Program-made: the position numbers and the translations under genes
Shown here: positions 39,992 through 50,389 of the stretch, in pieces
Layout: every line of letters begins with the position of its first letter
Numbering within the stretch: position 1 is the first letter of the stretch
The notes under the pieces: generated by a model
Databases searched by the model: none
What the model was told of the DNA's origin: nothing
The model's input: only the letters and a program-made list of their open reading frames with translations
Source: Candidatus Delongbacteria bacterium
GTDB taxonomy: Bacteria > CAIWAD01
Direction: 5' to 3'
Length of the DNA stretch: 64,000 nucleotides
Assembly: GCA_963663545.1 (NCBI GenBank)
Contig: OY760505.1
Span: 704,001 to 768,000 of the forward strand

Positions 39992-40324
39992 TCAAGCTTC
40001 CGAGTTGGTACCGAGTACCAGTCTTTGTGCGTATTCAAGCACATCCGGAATGCTCTCTCGCATCAAAGCATGACACTCTTCTTCACTTGGTAAACGGCCA
40101 CCGTGAGGTGCGTTCAAAGTCTTTGAAAAACGACGAGTCTCCGACTTTCGATAGCCGGGACCAGACAGTACGGAGATGAAAAGTAAAAGACCGTTGTCAT
40201 CATCGACTTCGAATTTGTAACCGAAATCCAAACTCATAAAAGAGTTCAGCACTTCGTGATCCAAGTGTTGAAATCCACTCGCATGCATTCGACAATCAGA
40301 CATAATCGATCTCCTGGGATCCAT
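39992..40324 (-). CDS. Hypothetical protein
   Basis: ATG start, co-oriented in the island, lower GC. Confidence 0.5.
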   Translation of the reverse strand: MDPRRSIMSDCRMHASGFQHLDHEVLNSFMSLDFGYKFEVDDDNGLLLFISVLSGPGYRKSETRRFSKTLNAPHGGRLPSEEECHALMRESIPDVLEYAQRLVLGTNSEA

Positions 40325-40402
40325 TCTTCATCACTTCCGCTCTATCCAGCAACTCGCTGTCCCAATGCACTGTTTGAAGGGGTTTCTAGCTCTTTCCAGA
40401 AG

Positions 40403-40981
40403 CTATTCATCCTTTTGTGGCCCTGAGTCGAAAAGATGGATCTGCGGATCAATCAGATCACGAAGCTGTCTACGAGTCACGCCCAAAGGAGCAAGGATGT
40501 TGAATGCAGCATCTATCCGCGACTCAGTACTCAACACATCCGCGCACGGTGTACCTTGTTCGCGCTTGGCGGCTCGATCAGCCGGCGACCAAAAGAGGCT
40601 GAGCTGCTGCTGCGGGAAAGGCAAACGTACATTCCTCGCTCCAACCTTAGGTCTCGTTTTCAGCCAGCAGTTGATTGAAAGATGGCCCACTGTCAGTTGC
40701 CCATCTGCGACGAGCAGCTCTACGAACTCCATGTCTGGCAGATGTGCAGCAAGCCTACGAAAAAAGGCGAAAGGTACATGCACGGCCACGGGCCAGTCTC
40801 CGCGAAATGGCACGCAAACGGTCCGGATCGACAAGTCCAGGCAGAGCTGAGAGCCTTCGGCGAGGATGCTCGCCCAACGACCCTCCCGTGAGTCTTTCGT
40901 CCGAGATAGTCCCTTCAGCGCTGTTCGCAACACGCCCTGATCAACGTGTGCACAGAAGCTGGACATCATTTCATCCACCAA
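40403..40981 (-). CDS. Hypothetical protein
   Basis: Starts 3 nt after the helicase stop; co-oriented. Confidence 0.55.
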   Translation of the reverse strand: MVDEMMSSFCAHVDQGVLRTALKGLSRTKDSREGRWASILAEGSQLCLDLSIRTVCVPFRGDWPVAVHVPFAFFRRLAAHLPDMEFVELLVADGQLTVGHLSINCWLKTRPKVGARNVRLPFPQQQLSLFWSPADRAAKREQGTPCADVLSTESRIDAAFNILAPLGVTRRQLRDLIDPQIHLFDSGPQKDE

Positions 40982-40984
40982 TGT

Positions 40985-43900
40985 CTAAAGCCTCAACGCC
41001 CTGTCATCCATTCTCTGCGCCCGCTGCAGCAAATCCTTGAACTGGTAGTTCACGCTGCAGGCCCCGTGATCCGGAGCTCTGTGGAATGGCCGCTTCAAGT
41101 AAAACACGCGCTCGTTTGCGTCATCTAAAAACTCCACCAGAGCCAGGATAAACTGCTCGGGCTGGTTCAAGGAGAACAGCACTTCGTTGCGTGTCACAGT
41201 GACGATATCCGCACCGCTGACCCGGCCTTTCACTTCAATGAAGCGCAGCTGCCCGGTCTGGCCATCCTTGCTCTCGACGTCGTAGCCCAGATGCTCGAAC
41301 TCCCGGTCAACGGGAGAATGCCCGAGCCTCCGCTCTACTTCCATGACAGCCTTGCGAGCACGAGCCGCTGAAGCCAGCGTATCTGCCGGTCGAGTTGTTT
41401 GTGTCACATCCTTGCCTTGGAGCGCGAGAATCAAACCCTTGGGCACGATTAGCAAGCCGCCTGTAAGGACGGGGGGTTTGGAGCTGATCTGCCGCTCACG
41501 CTTGAGTTCCGCAAGGCGCCGCTGCAGTCTGGCCTGCAGGTTGTCGGCTCGCCGCTGAGCTTCCTGGCTGTTTAGTCTCGCATTGGGCTTGCCAGCCTGC
41601 TCCTGCGCTTTCAGGTCTTGCGCTCGGTGGTCCCAGTAATTGATCTCCTTCGTGAGTCGCTCTTTCACCGCCACTTCAGTCTTCTCAGCCAGCTCGAGCT
41701 TGCGGTTCCTGACTTCCATGAGATGCTCTGGAACCAAAGTTGCGACGGAGTGCGTCTCCACCTGGTCTATTGTCTGGGATCCGATCCAGGTGCAGCGAGA
41801 ATGCGCCAGAATCCTGTCTACTCCTGGTTCGTCATCCCGCAGCGGACGGTAGTCGAGATAGGGGGCGTATTGCAGATGGGACGCACTTCCCTTTGCATCC
41901 AGGCGGATGAAGTGCATCTGCCGTGATACAACACGTTGTTGCCCATCGCGAGTAAGACTCGCGTCACACACCGCGTGATCCACGAAGAAGAGCAAAGCAG
42001 GATCAAGCCCCAGATCCAGATCATCCACCAGAGTAGTGCCGCGCTTCAACAGGTCGCGCCCCTCTTCCAGCGTCAAGTCAAGCACAGAGTCAAGCAGTGG
42101 ATGGCCAGGACAAAGGAATGCGCCATCCGGCTGTCCCTGTGGTTTGATGCGCTCTTTTTCGAAAACCACGCGCTCGTACTGCTGCAAAACCGGCTCGCCG
42201 TGACCGACCAGGCGATCCCGATTGCGAATTTTCGATGGCACGCGGCTGATTTGATAGCGCTTGGGTTCGCGCTCTTTCAGCTTCCCCCCCAGCCGCGCAA
42301 AAGCCTCCTGGAAGAACTGTTCGATGTAATGTGGCTGCAGTCGCCTGGCTTCGGCGCGCTCCATATCCTCACGAATGCGCTGGATGCGAGTTGTATCCAT
42401 CACATCCTGCACCAACTGACCATCTTCCATGAGCGCACGAAGCTTGTCCAGATCAATGGCCCCCTCGATGGCCGTCTCGAGCTTCAGCCTGACCTCTGCG
42501 CGCTCACCGTAACGGATGGCCTGAATCAAGAGGTCACGCAGTCGCTTACCTTCGAACTCCAGTCTGCCCAGGACATCAAAGACCTGTCCGCCCAGGCTCT
42601 GTCTGGCCTGCTCCAGCTTCTTCAGGAGCTTCGCGTAGACATCGCCCTCCCGTGTTTCATCTGCCACCAGATTCCAGAGGTGACACACCTCCGTCTGCCC
42701 AATGCGATGGATACGGCCAAAGCGCTGTTCCAGCCGGTTGGGATTCCAGGGCAGGTCATAGTTCACCATCAGATGAGCGCGCTGCAGGTTGATTCCTTCC
42801 CCCGCTGCATCAGTGGCCAGCAGTACTTTGACATCGGGATTGAACTTGAACTGCTCCTGCGCTTTGAGGCGCTCCTCACGGCCAAGTCCGCCATGAATTT
42901 CAATCACTGCCTCTACGCAACCAATCTGACTGCGAATGCGCTTCGCCAGATAGGCCAGTGTATCACGATGCTCGGTGAAGATGACCACCTTCTGATGCGG
43001 GTCTGGAGTAGGTGGCGGAATCGGGCCCGATCCGTAGGGCTTCAGCTCCTCCCTGACGTACTCACTTCTGGCAGGACTGGCGAAGAGGGTATGGAGCAAC
43101 TCGGAAAGCTGAACCCACTTTGTATCACATTTATCCGCTACAACACGCTTTGCCAGTAACTCCAGGCCACACAGTGTTTCGATTTCCTTCTTCAACTCGC
43201 CGATGGTCTGGGCTGCCGTCGCCTGATCGAGGACTTCTGTTTCAACCTCTTCCGCATCAGTCTCGGGCAAATCGTCGAAGTCTTCCTGCGCTTCCAGGTC
43301 TAGTGGTTTTCCACCATCCAGCATGGAAACGGGCTTCCCGCCGCGCTGGAAGAGTTCCAGTTCCTTCAGCCGTGACTCAAGTCGCTCACGCCTTCGGGTG
43401 AGCGAGGCCAGGATCGCAGCGGGGGAGGATGCCAGGCGACGCTGCAGGATGGTCAGAGCAAAACCGACTGTGCCCCTGCGCCCATCGTTCTGGAGCTGGT
43501 CGGCTCGGTTGAACTCTTCGCGAACGTACTCGGTGACTGCCGCGTAGAGCTGTGCTTCCAGCTCGGAAAGCTTGAAAGGAACGGTGTAGGCTATGCGTTC
43601 CGGGAAAAGTGGCTTTCCGTCAAACTTGAGCAGACGCTCCTTCACCATCCGACGCATCAGGTCCGCCACATCTACCGAATGCTGTCCATCGCGGAACTTG
43701 CCCTCGAATCGGTCTCCGTCCAACAGTGCCATGAAGAGTTGGAAGTCCTCCTCTTTGCCATTGTGCGGAGTAGCAGTCATCAGGAGGAAGTGTCGAGTGA
43801 TCGTGCTCAGAAGTTGGCCAAGGCGATAGCGCTTAGTCTTGTGGACCTCTCCACCAAAAAACGAAGCAGAGAACTTGTGTGCCTCATCGCAGACAATCAG

Positions 43901-44581
43901 ATCCCAGAATGCATCGGGTGCTCTCAGCTTCTCCTGCAAGTCCTCGTTTCTGCTCAGTTTATCAAGCCTTGCGATAACCAAGTGGTTCTCCAGAAACCAG
44001 TTTCCCGTTCTGGAAGCTTCCAGTTTGTCGTTGGTAAGAATCTCGAAGGGTAACTGAAAGCGGCGATAGAGTTCATCCTGCCACTGTTCAGCGAGACTAC
44101 CTGGGCAGACAACAAGGCAGCGTTGCAGATCACCACGCGCAAGCAACTCCTTGATCAGCAGTCCTGCCATGATCGTCTTGCCGGCTCCTGGATCATCTGC
44201 CAACAAGAAGCGAAGCGGTTGGCGTGGCAGCATGGATTCATACACTGCAGTGATCTGGTGAGGAAGGGGATCAACGACTGATGTATGGACAGCCAGCAGC
44301 GGATCGAAAAGGTGCGCCAGCCGGATTCGCATTGCCTCTGCCGTGAGCTTGAACAAACCACCATCCCCATCAAAGCTCCAGGGGCGGCCTTGTTCAACAA
44401 CCTCTAGTCCGTCTTCATCATTCCGGAACTTGAGCACTTGGTCAGTCCTGCCATTGGCCGCTTTGAAGGTCAGCTCGATCCCCGAATCGCCAAACCACTT
44501 CGTGCTGACGATCACGACGATCTGATCCGGGAGAATCCCACGAACCGCTGTGCCCGGCGTTAGTGCTTCCAATTTGGTCAT
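40985..44581 (-). CDS. SNF2-family helicase with C-terminal DUF3883 (PD-(D/E)xK-like) domain
   Basis: LADDPGAGKT, DEAH, TATPH, GEGINLQ, EQRFGRIHR; C-terminal GYDVES...FIEVKG. Confidence 0.93.
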   Translation of the reverse strand: MTKLEALTPGTAVRGILPDQIVVIVSTKWFGDSGIELTFKAANGRTDQVLKFRNDEDGLEVVEQGRPWSFDGDGGLFKLTAEAMRIRLAHLFDPLLAVHTSVVDPLPHQITAVYESMLPRQPLRFLLADDPGAGKTIMAGLLIKELLARGDLQRCLVVCPGSLAEQWQDELYRRFQLPFEILTNDKLEASRTGNWFLENHLVIARLDKLSRNEDLQEKLRAPDAFWDLIVCDEAHKFSASFFGGEVHKTKRYRLGQLLSTITRHFLLMTATPHNGKEEDFQLFMALLDGDRFEGKFRDGQHSVDVADLMRRMVKERLLKFDGKPLFPERIAYTVPFKLSELEAQLYAAVTEYVREEFNRADQLQNDGRRGTVGFALTILQRRLASSPAAILASLTRRRERLESRLKELELFQRGGKPVSMLDGGKPLDLEAQEDFDDLPETDAEEVETEVLDQATAAQTIGELKKEIETLCGLELLAKRVVADKCDTKWVQLSELLHTLFASPARSEYVREELKPYGSGPIPPPTPDPHQKVVIFTEHRDTLAYLAKRIRSQIGCVEAVIEIHGGLGREERLKAQEQFKFNPDVKVLLATDAAGEGINLQRAHLMVNYDLPWNPNRLEQRFGRIHRIGQTEVCHLWNLVADETREGDVYAKLLKKLEQARQSLGGQVFDVLGRLEFEGKRLRDLLIQAIRYGERAEVRLKLETAIEGAIDLDKLRALMEDGQLVQDVMDTTRIQRIREDMERAEARRLQPHYIEQFFQEAFARLGGKLKEREPKRYQISRVPSKIRNRDRLVGHGEPVLQQYERVVFEKERIKPQGQPDGAFLCPGHPLLDSVLDLTLEEGRDLLKRGTTLVDDLDLGLDPALLFFVDHAVCDASLTRDGQQRVVSRQMHFIRLDAKGSASHLQYAPYLDYRPLRDDEPGVDRILAHSRCTWIGSQTIDQVETHSVATLVPEHLMEVRNRKLELAEKTEVAVKERLTKEINYWDHRAQDLKAQEQAGKPNARLNSQEAQRRADNLQARLQRRLAELKRERQISSKPPVLTGGLLIVPKGLILALQGKDVTQTTRPADTLASAARARKAVMEVERRLGHSPVDREFEHLGYDVESKDGQTGQLRFIEVKGRVSGADIVTVTRNEVLFSLNQPEQFILALVEFLDDANERVFYLKRPFHRAPDHGACSVNYQFKDLLQRAQRMDDRALRL

Positions 44582-45151
44582 GCCACCATCCTCTTGCGTG
44601 TCTACAGGAGTAGCCCCAGTTCGCTGATCAGTTTGCTGTTGTAGTGAAGCTGGACGCCCTGTGCATGGTTCACGCCGCCCTCGCTTGCTTGTGCAGAAAA
44701 TACAACAAAGCACCCGGCCTCGCCTCCTTGGATGCGGTGCGTAGACCTTTACACCTGTTGTGACACATCTAGGTGCTACTGACTCTACAGACTTTGCAGC
44801 TGGATCCGTGATACACACGTTTCTAAGTTGGCTGTCCAGGGCGCTTGTGTATTTCGATGAAGTGGTCGTGCATCCTGACAACTCCAGCTACACTCTCACC
44901 CGTGACACAACACACAGCCACCCGCACCGCACACACCAGTCATCGCCTAGCTCGATTCTGGGGACTGTGTCACAGGCTCAGCATGGCGCCGTGTATCGCG
45001 CCCGGTAACACGCTCCCTGCCGGCTCCCAACACTCGCTCCTCCTCCACCTCCCCTTCCAACTCAGAAGCAGCTCGGAGGCCTGATGCTGCCGAGTTCCAA
45101 AGCGCCTGTTCTATCAGCAGAAGTCCTGGCTGTGACACAGGCCTTAACTAC

Positions 45152-45694
45152 TCATGCCCGTGAATGAGCTAGCTGTGCCTCCTTCGCCCGCGCCACATAA
45201 TCGCTGCTGAGTGCGAACAACTCGCGCACCTTCTGATAAAAGCGCTTCTCAGAGGCTCGGATCTCGCGGATGCGTGCCAGCAGCTCATCGAAGTAATCCC
45301 AACCGCCAGGGTCCTTCAGCCGCTCGTCGTTCATCAGGAAGCCCTTAACCAGGTACTCCCGTAGGTGCGTGGTAGCCCACTGGCGGAACTGCGTACCCCT
45401 GGGCGAACGGACTCGATACCCGATGGCAAGAATCAGATCCAGATTGTTCAACTGGACGGAACGCCTGACCTCGCGTCCCCCCTCATCCTGAACTGTCAAG
45501 GAATCCTTGACAGTTGCCGTGGGACTCAGCTCTCCTTCTTCAAACATATTTCTCGCATGCAGCGAAACATTCTGTTTGGTGGTTTGAAAGAGTTCGGCAA
45601 TCTCGAGCTGGCTCAGCCAGACGGTGTGCCCTTCAACCCTGAGCTCAACACAGCTTAACCCATCCTCTGATGTGTACAATACTAAGTCACTCAT
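45152..45694 (-). pseudogene. Truncated RhuM-family protein
   Basis: TVWLSQLEIAELFQ, IGYRVRSPRGTQFRQWAT, IRASEKRFYQK; only 180 aa, roughly half the usual length. Confidence 0.8.
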
Positions 45695-46176
45695 TGCTTA
45701 CTCCCATATCAAGCAAGTCCGGGCTTCTCCACTCGCAGATACCTTTCCGTATGGGTGCGATCTGCTCAAAATCTACCTTTTGGTTCTGCACTCCACTGCC
45801 TGCCTCCTTCTCCTCCGCGTGAACCCTCCCCGCGCTCCCCCGCCCTCCCGCTTTCCCCGTACTACTTTGTATCACGCTGTGCTACAAGACTGAGGCAGCT
45901 CTGGTGCATGGACTCCATCTCGGACCGCCTCCTGAAGGAATCCGCCTTCACTTCATTGGCAGGGAAAAGCCGACGCAGAGCGGACGTATTACAACGAGGA
46001 AGGAGTGCAATCAACACTGGAGTGGATGGGCCACGCATTGTCGGGAAGGGAAGTAGCCAATAGAATGGGCGGATAGTCACGCAGGGGGGCACAATTCAAC
46101 TGAGCTGACAAGTTCCCATCCCGTCATGAAGTCCACAGGCTGTGATACAAGCGGTTCACTTGCTGAGGGCGGAGGG

Positions 46177-47865
46177 CTACCTGACTCCAGTGACCCGGTA
46201 GAAGGCTTTCCCATGCGCCAGAGCGTTGTGATCCGTGAAGCCAGGTGTAGATGTCCGGCCGATCAGGAACTCTTGATCCAGTTGTGTATCAGGGCTCGGC
46301 AGGCGGTAGATGTTCCAGTTCTGCATCAGGATGTTGTCACTCCAGTCCAGCAGGACATCTGTGTTTTGAACTGTGCACTGCAGCCTGATGCTTGTGAATG
46401 CCTCACAGGCCAGGTCTGAGTAGCCTATCCAGTTTTCATCTGGCAAGCGACAAGGGGAGGTTTCCTGCAGGTGATACAATGTGTCACTGGCAGAACAGAA
46501 AGCAGGATCATCTACGATATTGCCGGCCAGCCACACGCTGTGCGAGTCGTCATCTACTGAAATGCTTCCAGCTCCCCCCTGAATGCAACTGCCCTGTGTG
46601 CGGATACTTGAATCATACCTGCACGAGATTAGTGAGACAGAACCGTGGCCCCAGGCAATACTGTTGACCAGCGATACATTCGACCATTGTAAGCATAAAG
46701 CCATGCCGCTAGTGACAAAGCTCCCATCAGCATGATTGCCGCTTATTGTGACGTGATCCAGCAGAACTTCGGAGAAACTGGCCGTCATGCCACCACTGTA
46801 GGCATAGCGCCCAACAGCTTCATTGTCGGCGACAAGGCTGTTCCGCAGGATCAGCATGTCGGCGTCGGACCGAATGCCACCGCCCCCGCCGTAATGTTCT
46901 GGGGCAATAGCTCGATTGTTGACAAGGAATGCGTCACACACAATCACCGTATCATGACTGGAAGCAAAGAACGCACCTCCTCCGTATGCGTAAGTCCCTC
47001 CATTTGAGGAGTTAGCTGTTAACAGGAGTTGCTCGAAGCGAATTCCATTACTGGACGAGTATAGACCGCCTCCATGCGCGTAGCTCTCCGAAGTGCTCTG
47101 ACAGTTGCGGATATCCAGCCCCTGGACAAGGCTGCAAGTGCATGAGTTCAAGTTGGCTCCCGCACCGTACATTCGTACTCCGCCGAAAGCCTCGCAATCA
47201 GAGATCCTGATGTTGTCCCATTGTGATTCGTTGCAGTACTCGGCAAACAGGCCACCACCACGTGAAATTTGACTGCCGATCACGGTGCAATTGCTGATCC
47301 AGAGGTCGCTGATCTGCAGACCAGCATAGACGCCTCGCACATACATTCCTCCACCATAGACGTTCTGAGCACCAAGTACGACGTTATCAATCGTGACACC
47401 TGAGATCTGACCATTGAAGTAAGACAGATATACTGCGCCGTAAGCGTCACCATCCGGGGAACAGTAGCTACAACTGGTGATTCTCAGATCATGCAACCGC
47501 GCTTCTGCACGGTAGATCATGAGCCCGGCGCCACGATCCGCCTGTCCGTTGCGCAGGGTGAATCCTGAGATCTCCATGTTGCTGGAAAAGTAGGGGCCTG
47601 TGACGGAGAGTACGCCTGCTTCTCCACCGGCATCGATGATGCAGTCCGCAGATCCGGCCCCGAGCAACTGGATGGATTCCACAGCAGGCCAAACAAGTGA
47701 CTCGTGGTAGATCCCACTGCTCACCCGAACCTGGTCTCCTGCCGCGCAGGCATCCAGCGCACTCTGAATGTGCTCGAAATCTTGCGGAACACGGTGGATT
47801 TCTGCTTCAGAAACCTGTGCAGCAGCCAGCAGAATCAACAGCGGAAGTACATTCTTACTCATCAT
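46177..47865 (-). CDS. Secreted right-handed beta-helix protein
   Basis: RVPQDFEHIQSALD...GIYHE cap, repeated YGGG/GAG turns, DDPAFC...SPC; FN3-like C-terminus ending FYRVTG. Confidence 0.8.
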   Translation of the reverse strand: MMSKNVLPLLILLAAAQVSEAEIHRVPQDFEHIQSALDACAAGDQVRVSSGIYHESLVWPAVESIQLLGAGSADCIIDAGGEAGVLSVTGPYFSSNMEISGFTLRNGQADRGAGLMIYRAEARLHDLRITSCSYCSPDGDAYGAVYLSYFNGQISGVTIDNVVLGAQNVYGGGMYVRGVYAGLQISDLWISNCTVIGSQISRGGGLFAEYCNESQWDNIRISDCEAFGGVRMYGAGANLNSCTCSLVQGLDIRNCQSTSESYAHGGGLYSSSNGIRFEQLLLTANSSNGGTYAYGGGAFFASSHDTVIVCDAFLVNNRAIAPEHYGGGGGIRSDADMLILRNSLVADNEAVGRYAYSGGMTASFSEVLLDHVTISGNHADGSFVTSGMALCLQWSNVSLVNSIAWGHGSVSLISCRYDSSIRTQGSCIQGGAGSISVDDDSHSVWLAGNIVDDPAFCSASDTLYHLQETSPCRLPDENWIGYSDLACEAFTSIRLQCTVQNTDVLLDWSDNILMQNWNIYRLPSPDTQLDQEFLIGRTSTPGFTDHNALAHGKAFYRVTGVR

Positions 47866-47888
47866 TCCTGTTTCCTTGGTATCGAGAA

Positions 47889-49919
47889 TCAGTCTAGATC
47901 TGTGATACACCCAACAACACGGTAGTATTCAGCCTGATGCTGCAACGCGTTGTTGACAAGATAGGCTGGATGTCGCACGCGCGCATAGAAAGTACTCTCG
48001 GAAAGAGCTTGCCAGGGATATGACAGCCTGTGGACGTCCCAGTAGTTGTGCCCCGACTGATTCCAGTCCAGTCTGACTGAACCCGCAACCAGGCTGATTT
48101 CAATCTGAACCTCCTGTGGTGAGCAGGGGAGTTCATACTCCAGAATCAGCATTCCGCTCAGGAAGGAACCGAGGTACAGTCGCCCTTCCTCGTAGATTGC
48201 ATCACCCGTTGTGCCATTGGTCAGATAGCTTCCCATGAGAACTGGATGAGCCGGATCAACGAGACTATAGGCGTGCAACCCATTGGCGGGGAGAAAGAGC
48301 GTTGTGCCGACAACGACGCCATGATCCGCAGACGGATAGTGACCAAGTGTATCACATACGGCGAGCTGTGAGGGATCATGCGCATCAACAACCAGCGCCT
48401 CGTGCAGTGTTGAAGTGTAGATATAGTCTTCGTAGCACATGACTGAATAAAGCTGGGGGATTTCCAGGCTACCCAGGAAGGACAGAGTATAATCCTCTTC
48501 GATGGCCGCCCTGAACAGGCCGCCTGCCGATGCAACCGTAATCGTCGATTCGTGGATTTCGAAATCCACATGCGTGTGCAATCCATTGGCCTGGGAGATC
48601 AGTTGGGGCGAAAGGATGTTGCTGTAATCCAGCACCTTCAACCCCTCGTTGTACAGCAGCAGAAAGAGAATGTTGTTCCGTAGTTCGGCCTTTATCAAGT
48701 ACTCGCTGTAGTCATGTCGGCAGAGTTCCGTCAGGTTCTGCGGGTTGCCAATGTCATACAGAACCAACTCGGAGCCCATGGTGACGACCAGTGTGTCACC
48801 GCTTATCTGATGAATCTTGGCTCTATTTTCCAAGGGATGGGTGGCAATTGTGACTGGGCTGCCGTTCTCAGCAATCCGGTGGACTTTCAGAAAGGGAGGA
48901 TCGCTGATTGTGTAGCATGTATCACCACGAGCCACAACGGAATAGGAGAGACTGGCACTGTCCGATTGGCCCAGGTTGACGAAGCCGGTGTTGTCGTGCG
49001 CTACAGTTCTCAATCCGGCCTTGGCATCCGCGACAAGTACGATCCCATCTGATTCATGAAAACCTTCAATCTCACCAAACGAAGAAGAACTGAATTGAAA
49101 GGAGGGGTTTGACGGATCTCGGATGTCGAAGAGGTTCAGCATGAGGTTGTCAGCGATGAGGATCTGTTCCTCCAGTAACTGGACAGCGGGAGCAAATTCC
49201 TCGAACTCGAAGGCTGAGAGTTGTATCACATTGAACCCAGCATCGATTTGTAAAAGATGCAGGGAATCATCACATGCCACGAAGATCGCGCGCTGCCCGT
49301 TAAGATCACAGCGGTTGTAGTAGTTGTCAGCCAGGTATGAGCTCCGGTACACTGGCCTCTCCGCGATCGCGACATCATAGAAGTGGATGCCGGAGTCATC
49401 ACTATAGCAGGCCAACTCTCCATCCACGGCTACGTCGCTGACCTCGGTTGCAACTCCTGTTTGCATCACAAGCTCTGGCGAAGCGGGTTGTGTTACATCA
49501 ATGAACAAGGCACCCAGTTCGTCGCTGACAGCGAGCAGGCAGTCGCCGGAGGCATCGATCCCGATACAGGTTCCAAGGTCGCCTAGGTGTCCAATGATCT
49601 GCGGAGCTGTTGGTGTCTCCAGTGATACGACCTGGATTCCGGCTTCGGCATTTGCCACAAAAACGTATTCCCCGACAACGCTCAGCGCTCTGACACTGCC
49701 GGGCATCAGCAAAGAGTGCGCGAGCACGGGTTCAGCGGGGTTTGATACGTCACATACGTGAAGCAGATGACCGGCTCCCCAGACGGCATACTCCTGAAAG
49801 CTAACTGCATCACGTGCTGCGCCAGGCAATGCGCCAAGCAACTCAAAACTCTCTGAGTCCTGAGCGAGCAGAAGTATTGGGCTGCACAGCAATACGAGAA
49901 GGACTGCGAAGACTTTCAT
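47889..49919 (-). CDS. Secreted LVIVD-repeat protein
   Basis: Repeated D(V/I)SNPxxP units; signal peptide MKVFAV; C-terminus YYRVVG. Confidence 0.8.
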   Translation of the reverse strand: MKVFAVLLVLLCSPILLLAQDSESFELLGALPGAARDAVSFQEYAVWGAGHLLHVCDVSNPAEPVLAHSLLMPGSVRALSVVGEYVFVANAEAGIQVVSLETPTAPQIIGHLGDLGTCIGIDASGDCLLAVSDELGALFIDVTQPASPELVMQTGVATEVSDVAVDGELACYSDDSGIHFYDVAIAERPVYRSSYLADNYYNRCDLNGQRAIFVACDDSLHLLQIDAGFNVIQLSAFEFEEFAPAVQLLEEQILIADNLMLNLFDIRDPSNPSFQFSSSSFGEIEGFHESDGIVLVADAKAGLRTVAHDNTGFVNLGQSDSASLSYSVVARGDTCYTISDPPFLKVHRIAENGSPVTIATHPLENRAKIHQISGDTLVVTMGSELVLYDIGNPQNLTELCRHDYSEYLIKAELRNNILFLLLYNEGLKVLDYSNILSPQLISQANGLHTHVDFEIHESTITVASAGGLFRAAIEEDYTLSFLGSLEIPQLYSVMCYEDYIYTSTLHEALVVDAHDPSQLAVCDTLGHYPSADHGVVVGTTLFLPANGLHAYSLVDPAHPVLMGSYLTNGTTGDAIYEEGRLYLGSFLSGMLILEYELPCSPQEVQIEISLVAGSVRLDWNQSGHNYWDVHRLSYPWQALSESTFYARVRHPAYLVNNALQHQAEYYRVVGCITDLD

Positions 49920-50040
49920 TCCTGTTCTACCTGTTGTTAGCAAAAGTGCTCTGCGACTTTGTGTTGCGGGACAATATGCGAATAGATCGCCAACTGTCAA
50001 CGACTAAATTCCGCTTGTACGAGATGCATGGTGCAAGGCA

Positions 50041-50199
50041 CAGATCCGCGCAAAGACCCAGCCCGTCGTCAGTAACAAGATCGGCCGCAACGAGCCCTGC
50101 CCCTGCTGCGGTTCGGGCAAGAAGTACAAGAACCGCTGTCTGAACAGGGGTATTCGCCTCAAGGCTTTGGGAACATGCGAACAAGCTGTTTCCAGCTAA
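50041..50199 (+). pseudogene. Orphan SEC-C metal-binding motif fragment
   Basis: Frame reads [29 protein letters not shown] with no ATG after the upstream in-frame stop. Confidence 0.55.
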
Positions 50200-50389
50200 C
50201 ACGACCATACCCTCTGCACTTCTTTTCACCTTTCGCAGAATTCTGCAAATCTCCTTGACCCTGTGTCATTTCTGGCGTAACATTGCCCGCGATGTAGAAC
50301 GCCCGGCAGACCTGCGTTGCACATGGATCACGCAGGGGAGCGTATCCGGCGCACAGGGCTGCTCAACAGTGAAAAGACAAGGAGAAGCC

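Noticed and set aside
41936..43159. Long antisense ORFs (also 6484-7527, 52034-53302, 56030-56998)
   Set aside because: Opposite well-supported genes in GC-rich DNA, with no recognisable motifs.
45700..46170. Distal att site or integrase for the tRNA-Arg island
   Set aside because: No direct repeat of the tRNA 3' end and no recombinase ORF found by eye.
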